This document shows positions 38,152 to 47,630 of a stretch of 64,000 nt of DNA, piece by piece. Position numbers and translations under genes: made by a program. The DNA is from Vulcanimicrobiota bacterium. GTDB taxonomy: Bacteria; Vulcanimicrobiota; Vulcanimicrobiia; Vulcanimicrobiales; Vulcanimicrobiaceae. The stretch spans positions 1,504,001-1,568,000 of the forward strand of contig OY968762.1 in the NCBI GenBank assembly GCA_963695225.1, given 5' to 3'. Under the pieces are notes generated by a model. The model had not been told where the DNA came from. It saw nothing but the letters and a program-made list of their open reading frames with translations, and did no database searches. Within the stretch, counting starts at the first letter, position 1; the number at the start of each line of letters is the position of its first letter.

Positions 38152-38769
38152 ATGACGACCCGTACGATCCGCACGCTCGGCGCGCTCGCCTTCGCGGGGG
38201 CGCTGGCGGCCTGCAGCAACGACAACTCGATCAACCCGACGCTGACGAACCCCGTTTTCCAACAGATCGACCGGGTCGGGCGCCCGGGAATCAACGTGAT
38301 CTTCGCCCCATGGGCCCACCACGACGCGAACTCGAGGAGCGCTCCGTCCCAGGATGCGACCTTGATCAAGGCCGACATCGGCACGTTCATGGCGGGGACC
38401 GCCGGCCGGAGCGCCGCGATCGGCAGCTACGTCCAATCGCTTCTCGGCTCGGACGTGCTCGTCGCAGACCTCTCGTCGAGCGCGACGACGGCGACCTACC
38501 TCGGTTCCGAGACGGCCGGGAAGATGACCCCGGCCGGGACCGTCGGCGCGGGGACGACCTTCGGCGGGCGCGGCTTGGCCGACGACGTGATGACCGCCGA
38601 CCTTGGGCTCGCCTTCGGGAACACGGTCGTCCAGCTCACGGCCGGGACTGCTACCCCGATCGCCGACGACGGCAAGGCGCAAATCGCCAACCCGAACCTA
38701 TCGAGCGCGAACGTGACGCCCGCGAAACACCCGCTGACCACGTTCCCGTACCTGGGGAACCCGCTCTAA
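38152..38769 (+). CDS. DUF4331-like lipoprotein (C-terminal-type half)
   Basis: Lipobox LAAC; QIDRVGRPGIN, GGRGLADDV, FPYLGNP. Confidence 0.8.
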   Translation: MTTRTIRTLGALAFAGALAACSNDNSINPTLTNPVFQQIDRVGRPGINVIFAPWAHHDANSRSAPSQDATLIKADIGTFMAGTAGRSAAIGSYVQSLLGSDVLVADLSSSATTATYLGSETAGKMTPAGTVGAGTTFGGRGLADDVMTADLGLAFGNTVVQLTAGTATPIADDGKAQIANPNLSSANVTPAKHPLTTFPYLGNPL

Positions 38770-38858
38770 CCCGGAAGGCGGCACAGCGCAGGGGGTACGG
38801 CAGCCCGAGCCGTACTTCCGTCGCTTGTGCCGCGGTGATACAATCTTCTGCGGCCCGT

Positions 38859-38934
38859 GGGGATGTAGCTCAGCTGGTAGAGCACTTGCTTCGCATGTAA
38901 GGGGTCAGGAGTTCGAGTCTCCTCATCTCCACCA
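38859..38934 (+). tRNA. tRNA-Ala (anticodon CGC)
   Basis: GGGGATG acceptor stem pairing with CATCTCC (G3:U70), anticodon arm CTTGC-TTCGCAT-GTAAG, T-loop TTCGAGT, encoded CCA; 76 nt. Confidence 0.96.
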
Positions 38935-38971
38935 CGAAAACCCGCGCTTCTGATCTGAGACAGGCGCTGCG

Positions 38972-40450
38972 CTACCACGAAGAGAGGGCGCGCATGCGCG
39001 ACGTCTTCTTCGTTTGGTGGCCCGCCATCCGCGGCAATACGTCGCTCAGGATCTCGACCGCGCGGACGACGTTCGCGCCCTTGTTGAGCATCACGCATTC
39101 CGCCCGCTCGGCCATCGCGGCGTCGGTGACCTCCGCGCGCGTCGGGATGCCGGTCTTCACGAAGTTATCCAGCACTTGCGTCGCCCAAATCACGGGCACC
39201 GATGCCGCCTCGCAGAGCCACAGAATCTCCTCTTGCATCTCGGCGAGGCGGCGGTAGCCGATCTCGACCGCGAGGTCGCCGCGCGCGATCATCACCGCCG
39301 TCGGCTGGCGCCCCGCGGCTTGCACGATGAGTTCCGGCAGGTTCGTGACGGCCTCGGCGGTTTCGATCTTCAACGCGAGGGGTAGGTTCGGGCGTCCGAG
39401 CCGTGCGAGCTCTCGCTGCAGCAGTTCGATATCCGAGGCTTCGCGCACGAATGAAAAGCCGATCACATCCACGACGTCGATGACGGCTGCCAGCGCCGCT
39501 TTGTCGGCATCTGCGAGCGGCGATACGGGCACTTGCATGCCGGGGAAGTTCAGGCCCTTGCCGGGCCGCAGCTTATCGCCGCGTTCGCGCGCCTGCATCA
39601 CCCGCAAGTCGATGCGATTCTTGGCGAGCCGCTCCACCGTGCATCCGATGCGCCCGTCATCGATCCACACCGCGTCGCCGGCTCGCAAGCGTTCGAGCAC
39701 CGCCGGGATCGTGCACGTGAACGCCTTTTCGCTTGCCTTCGCATCGTCGAGCGAACGGACGAGCGCGATCGTATCGGCCGGAAAAACCCGGCCCTCCTTG
39801 CGAACGTGTACGTCGAGCGTGCGGACCTTCGGCCCTGCGAGATCGGCATAGATGCTGCAGTGCAGCCCGAGATTCGCGCGTGCCTCCGCCACCGCCGCCG
39901 CCATCGCGCGCCACGCCTCCGGAGTATCATGCGCGCAGTTGATCCGCGCGGAATCCATGCCCGCCGCGATGAGCGCGTGAACGAGCTTGCCGCCGTCGGT
40001 TGCGGCCTCCGGCGGCATCGTCACCATGATCCGCACCTGAGGCGACCCTTTGCGCGCGCCGAAAACGCGATCCGTCTCGGCGGCAAGAAGCCGGTTCCCG
40101 CGAAAGAAGGTTCGCGGCCGCGGCGCTTTCACGGATCCATCGCCGCAACGCGCGGCGAGCGCGGAGATCACGGCGTCGAGGTTGGGCCGGACTCGCCCTT
40201 CGCAACGCCCGAGGGAAGAAAGGCCGAGCGGCATCAACCTCGTTTGCAACCCGCGCAGATCGGTCCGCCGCAAAGCGAGATAGCGCGCGAAGTTCGAGGC
40301 GGCGAGCACGAACGGACGGCGCACGATCTTCGGGCGCCACTTGGCGTCAAGCTCCGACCCCACGGCTTCAACGCCCGCCGAGAGCGCCCGCAGTTCTTCG
40401 AGTAACTGCTCGGAGCCGTCCCGGCTCCGAGGCACTTCACAGACGGCCAT
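38972..40450 (-). CDS. pyk: Pyruvate kinase (divergent form)
   Basis: ARINCAH, DLAGPKVRT, KIET, MIARGDLAVEIG, WATQVL, PTRAEVTD, CVMLNKG. Confidence 0.85.
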   Translation of the reverse strand: MAVCEVPRSRDGSEQLLEELRALSAGVEAVGSELDAKWRPKIVRRPFVLAASNFARYLALRRTDLRGLQTRLMPLGLSSLGRCEGRVRPNLDAVISALAARCGDGSVKAPRPRTFFRGNRLLAAETDRVFGARKGSPQVRIMVTMPPEAATDGGKLVHALIAAGMDSARINCAHDTPEAWRAMAAAVAEARANLGLHCSIYADLAGPKVRTLDVHVRKEGRVFPADTIALVRSLDDAKASEKAFTCTIPAVLERLRAGDAVWIDDGRIGCTVERLAKNRIDLRVMQARERGDKLRPGKGLNFPGMQVPVSPLADADKAALAAVIDVVDVIGFSFVREASDIELLQRELARLGRPNLPLALKIETAEAVTNLPELIVQAAGRQPTAVMIARGDLAVEIGYRRLAEMQEEILWLCEAASVPVIWATQVLDNFVKTGIPTRAEVTDAAMAERAECVMLNKGANVVRAVEILSDVLPRMAGHQTKKTSRMRALSSW

Positions 40451-40768
40451 AGCTCCCTCCAGAAGCCGAGTGCCCCGAAACCCCCACAACCACTCGGCAC
40501 GCCGGCGAATCGCCAGACTTCGCGCATGGCCCCGCTGGATCTCCGGCGCCAGGCGATCGCCCGATCCCGCGGAATGGCGCGGAGGCGATTACCCGATCGA
40601 TCGGCAAGTCGCGCAGGCTTTCGAGGATGCTCCTTTCGCACAGGCTCTTGCGCCCCGTGCCGAAATCATAGGCGAATTCCGCATCAAGTAGCGGCGCGTT
40701 TTCGCGAGACCTACCTCGCCGGCCGCCGAGAATAGCACCAACCACGAAGTCAATCGGAGCATCCGCCA

Positions 40769-41203
40769 ATGAAACGTTCGGCCTTCATCCCCATCGCCGC
40801 GGCCCCGATCGCTGCGGCCGGTTTGCTCGCCGCCGCGCCGCAGCAGCGCCCGCGAATCGTTACCGTGCGCGACCGTGGGTGCAGTTGTTGCGAGGGCTGG
40901 ATCGCCGCGGCTCGCGCCGCCGGGTACGCCGTCGTGCTGCAGGATATGGATCACGACGAGCGCTTGCGGCGCTTCGGGATCGACGAATCCCTTTCGAGTT
41001 GCCACACTTCGCAAGTAGGCGGCTACCTCGCCGAAGGGCACGTGCCGATCGCCGCGCTCGATAAGCTCCTGCGCGAGCGCCCGCACACCCGCGGCATCAC
41101 CGTGCCGGGCATGCCCACCGGCACGCCGGGGATGCCCGGTCCGAAGGTCCCCATTCACGTCGTCTTCCTCGACGCCCCGGAGCGCGTCTTCTACTCCGCG
41201 TGA
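40769..41203 (+). CDS. DUF411 (CopG-like) metal-binding protein
   Basis: CSCCEGW, SSCHT, EGHVP, VPGMPTGTPGM. Confidence 0.88.
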   Translation: MKRSAFIPIAAAPIAAAGLLAAAPQQRPRIVTVRDRGCSCCEGWIAAARAAGYAVVLQDMDHDERLRRFGIDESLSSCHTSQVGGYLAEGHVPIAALDKLLRERPHTRGITVPGMPTGTPGMPGPKVPIHVVFLDAPERVFYSA

Positions 41204-41349
41204 GCGGCCGTGCCCACGCTAAGCCGCCGGAGAGCGGACAAACTCAGGATGGCCGTTCCAAAGCCGTCGCGCCTGATGCCCAAGCATAAGTACGCGCGGC
41301 GCTCTGCCCGCGAGGCGCCCTCGCCCGCGCCGTTCGACGGCCGGCGCTG

Positions 41350-42597
41350 ATGCGGCGCGAGCCGCCGCGTGCCTGGATTCCGCCGGCCGGTTTGGTCGCG
41401 GGGCACCTTGCGTACGGGTTCTCCTGGATCGTGATCGGGAGCGCGGCATGGCAGGCCTCGCCGAGCTTCGGCCTCCAGCTTGCGTGGGTGCATCTCGTCG
41501 CGCTCGGCTGGATCACGACGGTCGCACTCGCGGTGCTGATCCATGTGATCCCGGGCTTCACGGATGCGCGCTGGGCAAATGAAGGGCTCGCACGCGGCTC
41601 CATTCCCTTCTTCGCCTTCGGCGTCGCGCTCCTGACGCTCGGGTTCTACCTGAACTCGCAGGCGCTGATCCCGATCGGCGGGACTGTCGTCTGCGCCGCG
41701 CTCGCGGCCTACCTGTTCGCCGCCCTCCGGACCCTCGCTCGGGCAGGCGTCGAGCGCCAAGAGCGCGCGATCGCCGCGGCGCTCGGCCTCACGCTGATCG
41801 TCCTCGGCGTCACGGCGGCGCTCGGCTACGCGTTCACGTTCGCGCTCGGTCCCGGCTACTTCATCGGGATGTTGCGCCTGGCGCCCGCGCACGCCGTGCT
41901 CGGGATCGTCGGTTGGCTGACGATCCTCGCAACCGGCGTCTCGACGCGCACCTTCCGGCCGATCTTCGGCGCGAAATCCCGCTTCGTCTTGGCGCACGTG
42001 GCAATCGGCGTCGCATTGACGGCCGGCAGTCTCGCCGCCGCGCTCGCGATCGCGCTGCAATCCGGCCCGCTCCTCGACCTCAGCCTCCTTGCGATCGGCG
42101 CCGGGGCCGTTTGCTACGTGCTCGATGCGTTCGACATCCTCCACCGCGCGACGGTCCCGCACCGTCCGCCGCAAGCGTTCGTCGCGGCTTCTCTGACCTG
42201 GCTGCTCGTCGCCGTCGGACTCGTCGCCGCCGCCCGCTTCGGCGCCGCGACGATGCCCGCCGCCGTCTTCGTCGCGCTCGCCGGCTGGGTGGGGCAGATG
42301 GTGAACGCGCACCTCCACCACATCGGTATTCGCCTGCTCGCGACGCTCGTGCTCGGCGAAGAGGACGAGACGCGGCCGCAGGAACTGCTCGACGCACGCT
42401 TGAGCCGGCTGACCTTCGGCACGGCGCAAGTCGCAGTGCTCGCGGGCGCGGCCGGAATCGCGACGCAGCACGCCGGCCTGCTCGGGGTCGCGGGGACGGC
42501 CGGCTTCGTCGCCTTCCTCGGGCTCGGCGCGAACGTGCTGTTCGCGCGGGGCGCGGCGCTGCGGTTGCGCACGCTGGGGCCGGCCGCGGCGCGCTGA
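41350..42597 (+). CDS. Multi-pass membrane protein with intramembrane His (NnrS / heme-copper-oxidase-fold-like)
   Basis: About 12 TM helices; HLVALGW and AHAVLGIVGW repeats. Confidence 0.6.
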   Translation: MRREPPRAWIPPAGLVAGHLAYGFSWIVIGSAAWQASPSFGLQLAWVHLVALGWITTVALAVLIHVIPGFTDARWANEGLARGSIPFFAFGVALLTLGFYLNSQALIPIGGTVVCAALAAYLFAALRTLARAGVERQERAIAAALGLTLIVLGVTAALGYAFTFALGPGYFIGMLRLAPAHAVLGIVGWLTILATGVSTRTFRPIFGAKSRFVLAHVAIGVALTAGSLAAALAIALQSGPLLDLSLLAIGAGAVCYVLDAFDILHRATVPHRPPQAFVAASLTWLLVAVGLVAAARFGAATMPAAVFVALAGWVGQMVNAHLHHIGIRLLATLVLGEEDETRPQELLDARLSRLTFGTAQVAVLAGAAGIATQHAGLLGVAGTAGFVAFLGLGANVLFARGAALRLRTLGPAAAR

Positions 42598-42647
42598 GCG
42601 CTCGAGTGAGAAAGGGGCCCGTTCCTTAAGCGGCATAATGCCTTAGA

Positions 42648-43340
42648 ATGACGGTCGCCCTGTGGATCGTGGTGCCTTACCTTTGCCTGGCCGTTTCGAT
42701 CGCCGGGCACATCTGGCGCTTCCGCGTCGACGGCTTCCAATGGTCGAACCGCACGATCAAGGCCGACGAGAAACGGTCGCTCGGGATGGGCAGCGCGCTC
42801 TTCCACTACGGCATCATCGCCTCGCTGGCGGGGCACGCGCTGGGCCTTCTCGTTCCGGTCTCGCTCGTCACCGCGGCCGGGATCGATCCGTACCTGTACC
42901 GCTCGATCGCCGTCGGCGGCGGCGTGCTCGCGGGCTCGCTCAGCGTCGTCGGGCTCGCGATCCTGCTCTATCGCCGCTTGACGAACAAGCATCTGCGCAA
43001 ACGCACGACCGGAATCGACGGCGTTTCGTACGCGCTGCTCGCCGTCATCGTCGTGCTCGGCCTGTGCGAAACCGCCGGCGTGAACCTCTTCGGCGCCGGT
43101 TACGACTACCGCGCGACGGTCGGCGTCTGGTTCCGAGGACTCCTCACGTTCTCGCCCGACCCGCAGTTGATGGCCGGCGCGCCGCTCTTTTTGCAAGCGC
43201 ACGCGATCGCCGGGTTGCTCCTCTGCTCGATCTGGCCGTTCACGCGCCTCGTTCATTCGTGGAGCGCGCCCGCGGAATCGCTCTGGAAGCCGTCGGTCTA
43301 TCGCAGCCGTTTCGTCTCGGAGCGAACGACCGAAGCCTAG
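42648..43340 (+). CDS. narI: Respiratory nitrate reductase gamma subunit (di-heme cytochrome b)
   Basis: PYL...WRF, GSALFHYGI...GHALGL, DYRATVGVWFR, QAH, WPFTRLVHSWSAP; four heme His present. Confidence 0.85.
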   Translation: MTVALWIVVPYLCLAVSIAGHIWRFRVDGFQWSNRTIKADEKRSLGMGSALFHYGIIASLAGHALGLLVPVSLVTAAGIDPYLYRSIAVGGGVLAGSLSVVGLAILLYRRLTNKHLRKRTTGIDGVSYALLAVIVVLGLCETAGVNLFGAGYDYRATVGVWFRGLLTFSPDPQLMAGAPLFLQAHAIAGLLLCSIWPFTRLVHSWSAPAESLWKPSVYRSRFVSERTTEA

Positions 43341-43382
43341 CCGAAGGCAAACGCAACCAAAGCGGTCGAAGCACACCGCATC

Positions 43383-44609
43383 ATGGCGCTAACGCGCGTA
43401 GCGAGCCACGGGCCAAATCGCGTGGCGTTCGTCGTCGGTCTCATCGCGCTCGCCGCGCTCGCGGCCATTATCGCCGTCTACGTCGTCCGCCGCGCCGCTG
43501 CCGTACCCGCGAACGAGATATTCCTAAGCGGGCGCCTCGAGAGCGACCGGACGGACGTCGCCTCGAAAGCCTCCGGGCGCGTCGTCGAAGTGACGGTCCG
43601 GGAGGGGGCGCGCGTGCGCCGCGGCCAAATCATCGCGCGGCTCCAAGACGACCAAGCTACGGCGGCCGTCGCCGGCGCGACCGCGCGCCTGGAGGGCGCG
43701 GAACGCATCGCGAGCAGCGCGCACGGCGACGCCGGCGTCCTCGAGCAGCAGTTGAACGCGAGCGAACTCGGGCGCGGGCAATCCGCGCTCGATTCGAGCA
43801 GCGTCGCCGCGCAGGCGCAGGCCGCGGTAGCCTCCGCGCGCGCCCAGCTCGAGCTCGCGCGGGCGCAGGCCGTGCAGGCCAGGTCCGATCTCGACCTCGC
43901 GGAGCGCGAGCGCGCGCGCGCCGAATCGCTCCTCCGCACCGGCGACATTTCCCAGGAGAGCGCGGACCAGGCGCGGGCGCGCGCCGTCTCCGCCCGCGCC
44001 GTCGTTGCGGCTCGCGACGCCGCCGCGATCGCAGCCGAACGCGGCGTCGAGGGCGCCCAGGCCGGCCTGGGCGTCGCGCGCACGTCCTCGTTCAATCCGC
44101 AGATCCGCGCCGCGCAATCCTCGGCCCTGCGCGAACAGATCGCGCAAGCGCGCAAACGGGCCGCCGCCTCCGACGCCGACGTCGCGGCGGCCCGTGCACA
44201 GCGCGCGCAGGCGCTCGCCGCTCAGGCCGATCTCATCGTGCGCAGCCCGATCGACGGAATCGTCACGACGCGGGCGGTGGAACCCGGGGCCGTCGTCGCC
44301 CCCGGGCGCATCCTCCTCGCGCTCATCGACCCGAACGCCGTCTACCTGCGCGGCTTCGTCCCCGAAGGACGCATCGGGAGCGTCCGCGTGGGGCAGCGCG
44401 CGGACGTCTTCCTCGATAGCGCGCCGAAGGACCCGCTCGCCGGGCACGTCGCGGCAATCGATGCCGAAGCTTCGTTCACCCCGGAGAACGTCTATTTCAA
44501 GGACGATCGCGTGCGCCAAGTCTTCGGCGTGCGCATCGATCTCGATCATCCGGCGGGCTTCGCGAAACCCGGGATGCCCGCCGACGGCACGATCTTCTTG
44601 GATCGCTAG
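43383..44609 (+). CDS. HlyD-family membrane fusion protein (YbhG-like)
   Basis: SGRLE, VTVREG, coiled coil, RSPIDG, EASFTPENV, KPGMPAD. Confidence 0.9.
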   Translation: MALTRVASHGPNRVAFVVGLIALAALAAIIAVYVVRRAAAVPANEIFLSGRLESDRTDVASKASGRVVEVTVREGARVRRGQIIARLQDDQATAAVAGATARLEGAERIASSAHGDAGVLEQQLNASELGRGQSALDSSSVAAQAQAAVASARAQLELARAQAVQARSDLDLAERERARAESLLRTGDISQESADQARARAVSARAVVAARDAAAIAAERGVEGAQAGLGVARTSSFNPQIRAAQSSALREQIAQARKRAAASDADVAAARAQRAQALAAQADLIVRSPIDGIVTTRAVEPGAVVAPGRILLALIDPNAVYLRGFVPEGRIGSVRVGQRADVFLDSAPKDPLAGHVAAIDAEASFTPENVYFKDDRVRQVFGVRIDLDHPAGFAKPGMPADGTIFLDR

Positions 44610-44616
44610 CCGCGGA

Positions 44617-46530
44617 ATGAACGGCGCTCCCGTGATCCGCGCGCGCGGACTCGCCAAATCGTACGGCGCGGTCGAAGCGGTTCGCGGCGTCGATCTCGAC
44701 GTCTCGCCGGGCGAGATCTTCGGGTTGATCGGCCCGGACGGCGCAGGCAAGACGACGTGTTTCAACATGCTCGCCGGCATCTTGCAACCGAGCGCCGGGG
44801 AGTTGCGCGTCCTCGGGAAGCCGGCCGCCGAAGTCCGCACGAGCGTCGGCTACCTGACGCAGCAATTCTCCCTGTACGAAGATCTCAGCGTCGACGAGAA
44901 TCTCGAATACGCCGCCGGGATGCGGCTCGTCCCCGCGGACGCGTACCGGGAGCGGCGCGCGCGCTATTTGCAGATCATGGGGCTCGAGCCGTTCGGGGCT
45001 CGCCTCGCGGGGGCGCTCTCCGGCGGTATGAAGCAAAAGCTCGCACTCTGCTGCGCGCTGATCGCCGAGCCGCGCGTGCTGCTGCTCGACGAACCGACGA
45101 CGGGCGTCGATCCGATCTCACGCCGCGAGTTCTGGCGCGTCGTCGCCCGGCTCGCCGATACCGGCGTCGCGGTCGTGATCGCGACGCCGTATCTCGATGA
45201 AGCCGAGCGCTGCCGCACCGTCGCGCTGATGCACGGCGGCAGCTTCCACCGCGTCGGAAAACCGCGCGAGTTGCGGCGTGCCGAAGGCTTGCGGCGGCTC
45301 GAGGTCCGGGTCGACGATCTACGCCGCAGCGACCGCGCCCTGACCGCGCTCGCGACGGCGCACGCCGGGACGATCGTGGACGTGCAACCGTTCGGCGACC
45401 GCATCGACGTGCTCGCGAAAGACGAAGCGGCGGCCGAGCAAAGCGTCCGCGAATGCCTCGCTCGAGAGCACGTTGCGATCGCCGGGCTCGTCGACGAAGA
45501 ACCCACGCTCGAAAACGTGTTCGTTCTCGACCTCCACGCAAACGCCGCGAGCGCCGAGCTGCAAGTGCCGTTTCCGGAGAGCGGCGGCGCCGCGCGCGGC
45601 GGGCGCTTGGGGACGGCGATCGAAGCGCGCGACCTCGTCAAGCGCTACGGCTCGTTCACCGCGGTCGATCGCGTCAGCTTGCGCGTAGCCTACGGCGAGA
45701 TCTACGGTCTGCTCGGCGCGAACGGCGCCGGGAAGACGACGACGATCAAGCTGCTCTGCGGATTGGCGGCAGCCGACGACGGCCTCGTGACGATCGCCGG
45801 CGTCGCGCACGATCTGCGTTCCCCCGCGTTGCGGCGGCGCATCGGCTACATGAGCCAGAAGTTCACGCTCTACGACGACCTCACGATCGGCGAGAACCTC
45901 GAGTTCTACGCGGGCGTCTACGGGATTCCGCGCGCGGAGCGCGCCGCGAAGATCGATTGGGTGCTCGAAAGCTGCGACCTGGGCGGGCGCCGCAACGAGC
46001 TGACGGCAAAGCTCCCCGGGGGCTACAAGCAGCGCGTCGCCTTCGGTGCGTCGGTCATGCACGATCCCGAGATCCTCTTCCTCGACGAGCCGACCTCCGG
46101 CGTCGATCCGCTCGCGCGGCGCGCGTTCTGGCGGCTGATCGATACGTTCGCTGCGCGCGGTGCCGCGATCGTCGTGACGACGCACCATCTCGATGAAGCC
46201 GAGCATTGCAACCGGATGGGCCTGATGGCCGCGGGGAAGACCATCGCCGAGGGCTCGGCAGCCGAGATCAAGGCGCTGCAGCCGGCGGCGGTCTACGAGC
46301 TGCAGACGACCGCGCCCGAGCGCGCCCTCGATGCGCTCGAGCGCATCTTGCCCGCCTGGCGGGCCTCGCTCTTCGGCGATCGCGTGCACGTCGTTCTCGA
46401 GGATCCCGAACGGGAACTCGAAGCGGTGCGCGCCGCGCTCGCGCAGGCCGGGATCGAAGCGACGTTTGCGCGCACGCCGCAAACGCTCGAGGACGCGTTC
46501 ATCGGCCTCGTCCAGCGGCAGCCGGTATGA
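44617..46530 (+). CDS. ABC transporter with two ATPase domains (YbhF-like)
   Basis: GPDGAGKTT and GANGAGKTT; LSGGMKQK; DEPTTGVDP and DEPTSGVDP. Confidence 0.92.
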   Translation: MNGAPVIRARGLAKSYGAVEAVRGVDLDVSPGEIFGLIGPDGAGKTTCFNMLAGILQPSAGELRVLGKPAAEVRTSVGYLTQQFSLYEDLSVDENLEYAAGMRLVPADAYRERRARYLQIMGLEPFGARLAGALSGGMKQKLALCCALIAEPRVLLLDEPTTGVDPISRREFWRVVARLADTGVAVVIATPYLDEAERCRTVALMHGGSFHRVGKPRELRRAEGLRRLEVRVDDLRRSDRALTALATAHAGTIVDVQPFGDRIDVLAKDEAAAEQSVRECLAREHVAIAGLVDEEPTLENVFVLDLHANAASAELQVPFPESGGAARGGRLGTAIEARDLVKRYGSFTAVDRVSLRVAYGEIYGLLGANGAGKTTTIKLLCGLAAADDGLVTIAGVAHDLRSPALRRRIGYMSQKFTLYDDLTIGENLEFYAGVYGIPRAERAAKIDWVLESCDLGGRRNELTAKLPGGYKQRVAFGASVMHDPEILFLDEPTSGVDPLARRAFWRLIDTFAARGAAIVVTTHHLDEAEHCNRMGLMAAGKTIAEGSAAEIKALQPAAVYELQTTAPERALDALERILPAWRASLFGDRVHVVLEDPERELEAVRAALAQAGIEATFARTPQTLEDAFIGLVQRQPV

Positions 46531-47630
46531 TCCTGCGGCGCATCGGAACGCAGTGTCTCAAGGAGTTGCGGCAGTTCCGGCGCGACCGGCTCTCCGTGGG
46601 GCTCGCGTTCGTGCTGCCCGCGTTGATGCTCCTGATCTTCGGGTTCGGGATCCGCCTCGAGAGCCACGACATCCCGATCGCGGTCGGCGACGAAGACGTC
46701 ACGACGACGAGCCGCACGATCGTCGAGCGCCTGTTCGCGACGAACGTGTTCCGCGCCGTCCCGTTCGAGCGCAAGCCGGGGGAATCGCCGGACTCCGCTC
46801 TCGACCGGGGAATCGCGCGCGCGACGATCGTCATTCCGCCCGGCTACGAACGGGCGATGCTCGCGGGGCATCCGATTCCGCTCGAGATCACGATCGACGG
46901 CAGCGATGTCGTCAACGCGCGCGTCATCCGCAACGAACTGCTCGCGACGACCTCCGCCTATGCGGCCGCGCGCGCCGACGTCATCCGCCCGCGCGTGCGC
47001 ATTTGGTTCAATCCCGGCCGGCGCGAGGCGCTCTACATCATCCCGGGGATCTACGCGATCGTCATCGGCATCTTCCCGGCTCTGCTCGCGGCCATCGCCG
47101 CCGTCCGCGATCGCGAAGAGGGGACGATCTTGCAGGTCTACGCCTCCTCGGTCGGCGCGACGGAGTATCTGCTCGGCAAGACGTTTGCGTACGCGCTCGT
47201 CGGCCTCGCGGAGGCGACCGCGATCATGCTGCTCGGCGCGCTCATCTGGGGCTTGCTCCCGGTCGGGGACGTGACGCCGCTCTTGATCTGCACGCCGCTC
47301 TACTGCATCACGGTGGTCGCGCTCGGCATGGCGGTCGGCTCGCGCACGACGACGCAGAGCGCGGCGGTTCAGGCGATCGCGACGGTTTCGAACTTGCCCG
47401 CAGTCCTGTTGACGGGCTTCCTCTACCCGATCTCCAACATCCCGTGGCCGCTCAACTTGCTCTCGTACGTCATCCCGGCGCGCTACTTCATCGACGTCTC
47501 GCGCGATGCGTTCGTCCGCGGGAGCGGCTGGGAAGGCGTCGTCGCGGCACCTTTCGCGCTCGCCGCGATCGCGCTCGTGTGCCTCGCCGTCGCGCGCCGT
47601 TCGCTCGGCGCGATGAGGCTCGCCGCGTGA
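46527..47630 (+). CDS. ABC-2 permease (YbhS-like)
   Basis: KELRQFRRD, WFNP, REEGT, PARYF. Confidence 0.88.
   Translation: MILRRIGTQCLKELRQFRRDRLSVGLAFVLPALMLLIFGFGIRLESHDIPIAVGDEDVTTTSRTIVERLFATNVFRAVPFERKPGESPDSALDRGIARATIVIPPGYERAMLAGHPIPLEITIDGSDVVNARVIRNELLATTSAYAAARADVIRPRVRIWFNPGRREALYIIPGIYAIVIGIFPALLAAIAAVRDREEGTILQVYASSVGATEYLLGKTFAYALVGLAEATAIMLLGALIWGLLPVGDVTPLLICTPLYCITVVALGMAVGSRTTTQSAAVQAIATVSNLPAVLLTGFLYPISNIPWPLNLLSYVIPARYFIDVSRDAFVRGSGWEGVVAAPFALAAIALVCLAVARRSLGAMRLAA

Noticed and set aside
38777..38833. Long imperfect hairpin between the DUF4331-like gene and tRNA-Ala
   Set aside because: Adequately explained as a terminator or 3' stabilising stem; no second copy seen
38766..39098. 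110-aa minus-strand ORF
   Set aside because: Contains the typical antisense translation of a tRNA (GGDEETRTPDPLHAKQVLYQLSY); shadow ORF
40526..40691. Protein-like fragment (…DYPIDRQVAQAFEDAPFAQAL…) in the pyk/DUF411 spacer
   Set aside because: No credible start or recognisable family; might be a remnant but unsupported
41249..41350. 33-aa ORF starting MAVPK (like ribosomal protein L32) whose stop overlaps the next ATG
   Set aside because: Similarity ends after five residues, no L32 motifs follow, and the RBS is weak; cannot support as a gene
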